Shown here piece by piece: positions 58,313 through 64,000 of a stretch of DNA of 64,000 bases (positions are counted from its first letter, which is position 1; each line of letters opens with the position of its first letter). The translations under genes were made by a program, and so were the position numbers. Source of the DNA: Patescibacteria group bacterium (GTDB lineage: Bacteria; Patescibacteriota; Minisyncoccia; Phycocordibacterales; Phycocordibacteraceae); NCBI GenBank assembly GCA_040390125.1, contig JAZJYZ010000001.1:163698-227697 (forward strand), written 5' to 3'. The notes under the pieces were generated by a model. It worked only from the letters and a program-made list of their open reading frames with translations. It did not search any database and was not told the DNA's origin.

Positions 58313-58660
58313 TTAGGCGATTTTCTTCACTACACGGTCGAATGCTTCTGGGTAGGCGACAGCAATTTCTGAAAGTACTTTGCGGTCGAGCTCGATGTTT
58401 GCTTTTTTGAGTGCACCCATGAAGGTGCTGTAGTTTTTGAAACCACGCTCACGGAGTGCCGCATTGATGCGGACAATTGCGAGTCCTCGCATCGTTCTTT
58501 TCTTAGCTCTACGGTCACGGAATGCGTACTTACCAGCGTGCTTCAAAGCTTCAAGCGCTTGTTTTGTTTTTGTTGAACGTCCAAAACGATAACCTTTTGC
58601 GGCTTTCAATATATTGCGACGGCGCTTCATTGCTTTCGGTCCTCCTTTTACTCGTGACAT
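58313..58660 (-). CDS. rplT: 50S ribosomal protein L20
   Basis: MSRVK.G, AKGY, YAFRDRR.KKR, LDRK.L. Confidence 0.97.
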   Translation of the reverse strand: MSRVKGGPKAMKRRRNILKAAKGYRFGRSTKTKQALEALKHAGKYAFRDRRAKKRTMRGLAIVRINAALRERGFKNYSTFMGALKKANIELDRKVLSEIAVAYPEAFDRVVKKIA

Positions 58661-58709
58661 ATGAAATTAGGGATTAGTGTTTAGTGGATAGTGTTTAGGG
58701 AAAGAAAAT

Positions 58710-58901
58710 CTAGGCGCCGTTTCCAGGAAGGAAGCGGGCACGCACCCCCGGACTCATTGTTACCAATTTGGCCCGTGCTTTGACGGTGCGAGTCTTTCGG
58801 CTGTCACGAGCATTGAAATGGTCTTGCCCACCCTTGCGAGCAACAATCTTGCCGGTTCGAGTAACCCTGAGTCGCTTTGTATAAGATTTGTTAGTTTTCA
58901 T
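58710..58901 (-). CDS. rpmI: 50S ribosomal protein L35
   Basis: MKT.K...KR...T.TGK; between infC and rplT. Confidence 0.92.
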   Translation of the reverse strand: MKTNKSYTKRLRVTRTGKIVARKGGQDHFNARDSRKTRTVKARAKLVTMSPGVRARFLPGNGA

Positions 58902-58905
58902 TTTA

Positions 58906-59439
58906 TTATTTTACTGCCTTCTGTTTGCCTGCTTTTTCGATAATCATATTAAATCCTTTCGGACCTTTCTGAATATCTTCAGCGATGCGGTAGTCCTCGG
59001 GAACCAAGAGCACGAAACGCTTCAGTCGCTCCTTAAGGAACGCTGGATCCATGTATTTGTAGCGTCCCTTGAGGAATAACTCTACACGTACCCGGTGTCC
59101 TTCTTTGAGCCAGCCAGCTGCTTGTCGAGCCTTACGGAGAAGGTCATTCTCCCCAGTGCCCACCTCTACCTGGACTGCCTTTGTCTCTGTAATGTGCGAT
59201 TTAGCCCTTATTTCCCGGTCTTTTTTCTGCTGCTCGTATTGAAATTTACCATAATCCATTATTTTCGCAACCGGCGGGGTGGCACTCGGCGAAACCTCAA
59301 TTAAATCAAGTTCAGCCTCTTTGGCTTGAGCCATTGCGTCGGCCAGTGTGATAACGCCGATATTTTCGCCGTTAGGACCTATGACCCGAAGTTCGGGTGC
59401 GCGTATCTGCGCATTGATGCGTGTTTTTAGAGTAGCCAA
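58906..59439 (-). CDS. infC: Translation initiation factor IF-3
   Basis: RIN.QI, LDLIEV...A.PPVAKIMDYGKF.Y; TTG start. Confidence 0.96.
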   Translation of the reverse strand: MATLKTRINAQIRAPELRVIGPNGENIGVITLADAMAQAKEAELDLIEVSPSATPPVAKIMDYGKFQYEQQKKDREIRAKSHITETKAVQVEVGTGENDLLRKARQAAGWLKEGHRVRVELFLKGRYKYMDPAFLKERLKRFVLLVPEDYRIAEDIQKGPKGFNMIIEKAGKQKAVK

Positions 59440-59511
59440 GGTTTTGTAGGTTGACTTATCAACGTAGAATAGCGTTTTTAGTGGGTTTGTGCAATGACCT
59501 TTCGGCTTATT

Positions 59512-61215
59512 TTACGACACATCACCTCCATACTGAAAGCGTTTCCATGACGGCATGAAGACTCGTATTGCTTCTTCAGATTTTGTAAAGACGCACTGCT
59601 CATCATAGAGGGTTTGTATGGTGGGGAATTTTTTAAGCCGTTCAAGCAGCTTAGTGTTTCCCGAAGTGAGAAATACTTTCTTACCGTGTCCTCTGAGGTT
59701 TTCTATCGCTTCGACTAGCATATTTTCACCTTCGTAGTCGATGCCGAAAAGATTTCGAAGGCGGAGCATAACGATAGGAATGCTTTTCGTTCGTGCCATG
59801 TGTCGAAGATTCGCCGCATGCTGTCCGCTGTCGATATATCCCAAGAAGCCCGCAATACTGTACGTAACAAAAGCGAATTCTTTTCCTTCTGGAATTTTCA
59901 GAATCTTTGCCCGGCGGTTTTCGTCTTTCGTGCCGTCGCAGAAATTAAAAATGACATCGAAGTATCCATGGCTCACGCGGTCGGCAAAGAAAAGGAGCGA
60001 GAGCACTGCACCGATGAGGACTGCGATTCCTGCGTCCTCAAGAATCGTAATCAGAAGCACCAGAACTGCAATGAGGAATCCCTGCTTCTCTCGTTTGAAG
60101 AATTCAATAAAAACACTCACTTCAATTAGGCCAAGTGCCGTATTGACGAGGATGGCCGCAATAACGGCCATCGGGATAAAAACGAAATAGGGGAGTGCAA
60201 TGAGTGCGATCAGTCCGGTTACGGCGGCGGCGATTATAGAGGAAGTCCGATGTGTGGCACCAGCTTTGATATTTGCACCTGCACGGATGAATACTCCAGT
60301 TGCTGGCAAGCCGCCCATAACGCCCGATCCGATATTTGCAAGGGCAAGTCCGAATAATTCACGTCTGCTTGATGACTGAGTCTTCGTAATTTTGTCTCCG
60401 ATTTTTGCCGTAATGAGGGTTTCAAGGACGGCGATGAGTGCTACGGTCCCGCCTGTTCCGAGAAGGAACATGAATGTTTCGCGCGTTGAAAATAATTGTG
60501 GAAATTTTTCCCATGGAACTTGTGCGATAAGGGATGCCGAAAAGGATCCGAATTTATCACCGAGTGTGAATATGTCAGCTGCGGGAAAGTATGTTTTGCC
60601 GATCCATCCGCTCAGGATGCCGAGTATGGCCGCAGGAATGACAGCGGGAAGTCGTGGCATCCACCGCTTCCATAAAAGGATGAATGCGAGGAATGCGAAA
60701 AAAAAGAAGGCGGCAGTGACATGCGTTTCTCCGGCGTGTTTCATGTAGAGTCCGATGTCGCCGAGGAACGACCCTGTGCGTTTCAAGGCAGACAGGCCTG
60801 TCGCATCGAAAAGCTGAGAGGCTGCAATAAGGAGTGCAACGCCTGCCGCAAATCCGTGCATGACACTTGAGGGGATGTAATAGAGAAAACGGTCAGCGCC
60901 GATTGCCCAGACGATGAATATGAGAATGCCACAGACTATCGCAATAACAGGCAGGATGAGTGCACCAAGTCCCAAAGGAGCCGCAAGTGTTGCGGCGAAC
61001 AGGACAGTGGTGAGGGCACCGGCTGCACCGACGACGTTATAATTGCTGCCACCGAAAAATCCTGCAATAAGTGTTGCCCAAATACCAGTGATGACGCCAG
61101 GAATCGGTCCTGCACCTGAAGCGACAGAGAGTGCTATTGAAAGCGGAACAGAAATCAACGCAACGGTAATGCCCGATTTCCAGTTCTTTTTTAAATGACT
61201 GAAAACATGATTCAT
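59512..61215 (-). CDS. SulP/SLC26 anion transporter with STAS-like C-terminus
   Basis: SGITVALISVPLSIA, RELFGL..AN, GGLPATG...R; start moved to MNHVF. Confidence 0.92.
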   Translation of the reverse strand: MNHVFSHLKKNWKSGITVALISVPLSIALSVASGAGPIPGVITGIWATLIAGFFGGSNYNVVGAAGALTTVLFAATLAAPLGLGALILPVIAIVCGILIFIVWAIGADRFLYYIPSSVMHGFAAGVALLIAASQLFDATGLSALKRTGSFLGDIGLYMKHAGETHVTAAFFFFAFLAFILLWKRWMPRLPAVIPAAILGILSGWIGKTYFPAADIFTLGDKFGSFSASLIAQVPWEKFPQLFSTRETFMFLLGTGGTVALIAVLETLITAKIGDKITKTQSSSRRELFGLALANIGSGVMGGLPATGVFIRAGANIKAGATHRTSSIIAAAVTGLIALIALPYFVFIPMAVIAAILVNTALGLIEVSVFIEFFKREKQGFLIAVLVLLITILEDAGIAVLIGAVLSLLFFADRVSHGYFDVIFNFCDGTKDENRRAKILKIPEGKEFAFVTYSIAGFLGYIDSGQHAANLRHMARTKSIPIVMLRLRNLFGIDYEGENMLVEAIENLRGHGKKVFLTSGNTKLLERLKKFPTIQTLYDEQCVFTKSEEAIRVFMPSWKRFQYGGDVS

Positions 61216-61270
61216 AATCGGACAAGTATACATCCGTTCGCAGTAGGTCAAAATAATACTCTTAGAAAAA

Positions 61271-61306
61271 TACAAAAATACCTAGCTGAAGCTAGGTATT
61301 TTTGTA
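61271..61306 (-). terminator. Intrinsic terminator
   Basis: TACAAAAATACCTAGC-tgaa-GCTAGGTATTTTTGTA. Confidence 0.8.
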
Positions 61307-61496
61307 CTGGTGGAGATGGAGGGTAATGGTCACGAGTAGAATACTCACCTTCGTTCGCATTCTCTCTCGACCCCGTCTCGCAGTCTCGAGCGAGACGTCG
61401 AGACATAGCTCCGACTCTCATTACTCCACGTGCATACAGCAGTGTATGCACTCCACGCCACAAATACAAAAGCCCGCCTAAGCGGGTTTGTATTTG

Positions 61497-61900
61497 TGGA
61501 GGTGGGGAGAGTCGAACTCCCGTACGAAGAGGGTCTCCGAAATGTTTCTACAAGACATAGTTCGTTTCAAGATTTAAGACAGGTGGGTAGAGAACGAACA
61601 AAATGACACCTATCCGAGCTCTCCAATTTCATTCTTTTCTACGAGCAGTAGAGAAGAATATAGCCTGATGTTATGGCACTAGAAACTTCGTATCAGACGT
61701 CAGAAGTCTAGCGCCGTCCCGACCGAAGTGAGGACGGAAGAGGTAGCTTACGCTAATGCCAACGCGAAGTCAGCACGAGTGAAGTAGCCCTTTATAGTAG
61801 AAGCGTTTGCACGTTTCAGTGCTCGAGGTTTAAGGTGTTCTCCAGCATTCACCGTCTTGCGCACAACAGAGGAAATTCTCCGTCGAAACCAGTCACCCCC
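61497..61900 (-). ncRNA. ssrA: tmRNA
   Basis: 5' GGGGGTGACTGGTTTCGAC; 3' GGGAGTTCGACTCTCCCCACCTCCA; G3-U pair; tag ANASTIKGYFTRADFALALA*; directly downstream of smpB. Confidence 0.95.
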
Positions 61901-61941
61901 CGGGACAACAGGCATGCCTGTGATTTCGGGGACTGGCTAAT

Positions 61942-62391
61942 TTAGTATTCAGTTTTCAAAGTACGTTCAATCTCACGTTTTGCGTCACGGCCCTTGAGGG
62001 TATCACGCTTGTCGTGCTTATTCTTATGACGCACAACTGCCACTTGAACTTTCAACTTACCGCTTTTATTATATACCATAATAGGTATAATTGTCAAACC
62101 CTTCTGTCCTTCTTTCAGAGCAAGTTCTCCAATTTCCTTCTTGCTCAAGAGGAGCCTTCTCGTTCGCTCAGTATCGTAGCTCTTCGGTGTATTGCTCACC
62201 TGGTACGCCGAGATAGTGGCGCCAGAGAGAAACGCTTCTCCACCTCGGACTACCACACGTGAACCTGCAAGCGAGGCTTTGCCTGTGCGGAGTGATTTCA
62301 CCTCTAGTCCAATCAACTGAAGCCCCGCCTCGTATGAGTCGAGGATTTCATATTCAAGACGTGCTTTTTTATTTTCTACTAGGGCTTTCAT
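61942..62391 (-). CDS. smpB: SsrA-binding protein
   Basis: NKKA...Y.....EAG..L.G.EVKSLR, R.R.LLL; start moved to MKALVEN. Confidence 0.96.
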   Translation of the reverse strand: MKALVENKKARLEYEILDSYEAGLQLIGLEVKSLRTGKASLAGSRVVVRGGEAFLSGATISAYQVSNTPKSYDTERTRRLLLSKKEIGELALKEGQKGLTIIPIMVYNKSGKLKVQVAVVRHKNKHDKRDTLKGRDAKREIERTLKTEY

Positions 62392-62410
62392 ACCAGGCTT
62401 TAGCATACCG

Positions 62411-63808
62411 CTATTTTTCTTTTTCACACGCCACATACCAGAGGTCTGTCGCAATTTCTTCGACGCACAGTGGAGCTGTGCCGAGAAGGGTATCGAGGCC
62501 GTAGATGGTGCTGATATACAAGGGTTTTTGAAAATCATATAAGAAAGCGATCTTCTCTTCTGTGGATGTTCCAGCCCACAGATGTGTCCACGTTTCGAGG
62601 TTGTGAGTATCATTGAGCATTCCAGGCGCTGCGATGTGTGCCGTGGTCCATCCCTCAAACCACGGAGCTTCGTTTGAAGTGGTGAGGATGGTTGCTTCGA
62701 CGGGTACTATTTTTCCAATTTCCTCAATTCTTACAATCTGTGCATCGGGCATGAGCGGTAGAGTGGTGGTGATCTGATTCCACAGGTTCCCGAAAAAGAG
62801 GCCAACGATAAGAGAGAGTCCCATGAGCGGTAGAAGAACATTGCGTGTGCCCCACGATGAACGCAGGGAGGAGCATAGGTGTCGTATCCCGTATGCTGAA
62901 AGTGCCACGAGTGCAATATCTGAAAAGAGGAATATTCTTTCATAAAAGGGAAGTCGCAAGAGCACGAATAAAAAACTTACAGACGCAAAGGCAATAAGAG
63001 TTTTTGGAACTATAGAGTGGCGAAATGCTCCTCGCCCTAAAAGAATGGCAAGAATGAGTGGAAAAGAAAAAATAGTATACGTTCTCCAATCGAGAAATAC
63101 TGCCGATGGAACTATGACAGTGAGCTCATGTACGGTGGGTGCATTCACGAGTGCAAAGAGCAGGCCTGCAAGTGCGATATGTATGCCGTACTCTTTTCTA
63201 CGACCATGCGAGAACACAAAAAGTACGATAAGTGTGAGGATATAGATAATGGCCGTAGTTTTATGAGTGAGCACTAATGCGATGTCGAGTGCGAGCCATG
63301 CGAGTAGCCACTTCCGCTCAATTGCAATAAATGCGAGCAACATGAAATCAAGAGCCAGTGCATTTTTGAGAAGGAAATACCAGTATCCGCTGTAGGCTAT
63401 CGATGAGCCGATTAAGAGCATTCCCGCAACAAATGCACCCCACGTGTGTAGATAGGGTTTGAGAAAGAGAAAGAGTAGTGCTGGCAGTATTGCCCAAAAG
63501 GCGAAATAGGTACCGTAGAGGATGAAGTCGGTTGGAAGATGAAGAAAGCGAAGTAGGTCGAGCAGTATTCTCACGATAAGTGCGTCATCGCCAAGACCGG
63601 GCACTGGGGTGTTGGGGAATGACGTAAACGGTTCAATCAAATAACGTCTATAAAAGCCGGTGTCGTAGCCAAGGGGGTGCCGGCCGAATAGAAGGAAGGG
63701 GAGGGCGTGCAGTAGTAGTGAAGAAAGTCCCAGGAGGAAACTCCAGAAGATAGTCTGCTTATTTTCGGAAAGGGCAGATATCTGCATCTTCGTCGTAGTG
63801 TATCTCAT
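62411..63808 (-). CDS. Polytopic membrane protein, GT-C glycosyltransferase-like
   Basis: About 11-12 TM; PLGYD in first loop, LTH motif, soluble C-tail. Confidence 0.65.
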   Translation of the reverse strand: MRYTTTKMQISALSENKQTIFWSFLLGLSSLLLHALPFLLFGRHPLGYDTGFYRRYLIEPFTSFPNTPVPGLGDDALIVRILLDLLRFLHLPTDFILYGTYFAFWAILPALLFLFLKPYLHTWGAFVAGMLLIGSSIAYSGYWYFLLKNALALDFMLLAFIAIERKWLLAWLALDIALVLTHKTTAIIYILTLIVLFVFSHGRRKEYGIHIALAGLLFALVNAPTVHELTVIVPSAVFLDWRTYTIFSFPLILAILLGRGAFRHSIVPKTLIAFASVSFLFVLLRLPFYERIFLFSDIALVALSAYGIRHLCSSLRSSWGTRNVLLPLMGLSLIVGLFFGNLWNQITTTLPLMPDAQIVRIEEIGKIVPVEATILTTSNEAPWFEGWTTAHIAAPGMLNDTHNLETWTHLWAGTSTEEKIAFLYDFQKPLYISTIYGLDTLLGTAPLCVEEIATDLWYVACEKEK

Positions 63809-63894
63809 CCCCAGCGTGCGAAGGGCGTCTATGGTCTTGTGCTACGCTTTCTTCTATTAGGCGACTTTTATATAATTTATAGGTATTTTTTTAT

Positions 63895-64000
63895 ATGGCG
63901 TCAAAAAATAAAAATGGTCAGACCGCAAAGATGGTGTTTTCTCTCCTCGCTGCCGTAGTAATTACTGGCGGTGCTTTTTTTGTGGCGTCTGGCACGGTAC
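63895..64000 (+). CDS. Membrane-anchored/secreted protein (partial)
   Basis: MASKNKNGQTAKMVFSLLAAVVITGGAFFVASGTV; TATAAT upstream. Confidence 0.55.
   Translation, partial: MASKNKNGQTAKMVFSLLAAVVITGGAFFVASGTV

Noticed and set aside
61308-61323. Separate tRNA gene
   Set aside because: Only a 3'-end-like sequence; no T-loop GTTCRA, D-arm or anticodon arm
61942-62658. N-terminally extended SmpB, and extended starts for pgk, rpsL, rpsS, rplO, adk, SulP
   Set aside because: Longest-ORF artefacts; homology starts at downstream ATGs
1-64000. CRISPR array or cas genes
   Set aside because: No constant repeats with unique spacers; heptamer tracts and palindromes do not fit; no Cas motifs seen
1-64000. 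Genetic code 25 (TGA=Gly)
   Set aside because: Conserved genes are full length under code 11, and fusA and thrC end at TGA

Overview
A 64-kb chromosomal window from a Patescibacteria (CPR), most likely a Parcubacteria-like bacterium. The assignment is inferred from rpmD/L30 missing between rpsE and rplO, a long tmRNA tag, a T4P/ComEC/VirD4-like gene set, and standard code 11 (fusA and thrC end in TGA). It holds nusA, ppa, a type IV pilus cluster, tpiA-pgk, recJ, a split comEC, the str-S10-spc ribosomal cluster through secY-gmk-adk-map, ndk, a probable 6S RNA, rplT-rpmI-infC, smpB and tmRNA. The ribosomal cluster is broken by cargo: orphan micro-ORFs, a 1047-aa secreted repeat protein plus a REP-flanked Y1/RAYT transposase between rplB and rpsS, and a shikimate-kinase-like/thrC pair. 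The main unexplained signal is non-coding. More than 25 tracts with 7-nt periodicity sit at gene junctions with consistent polarity: YAG-phase after stops and CTR-phase before starts or promoters. At least three families of very short hairpin elements insert without disrupting genes, in prepilin leaders, stop codons, a RecJ loop and the tpiA start codon. All calls were made by eye from sequence and motif recall; no database searches were run.
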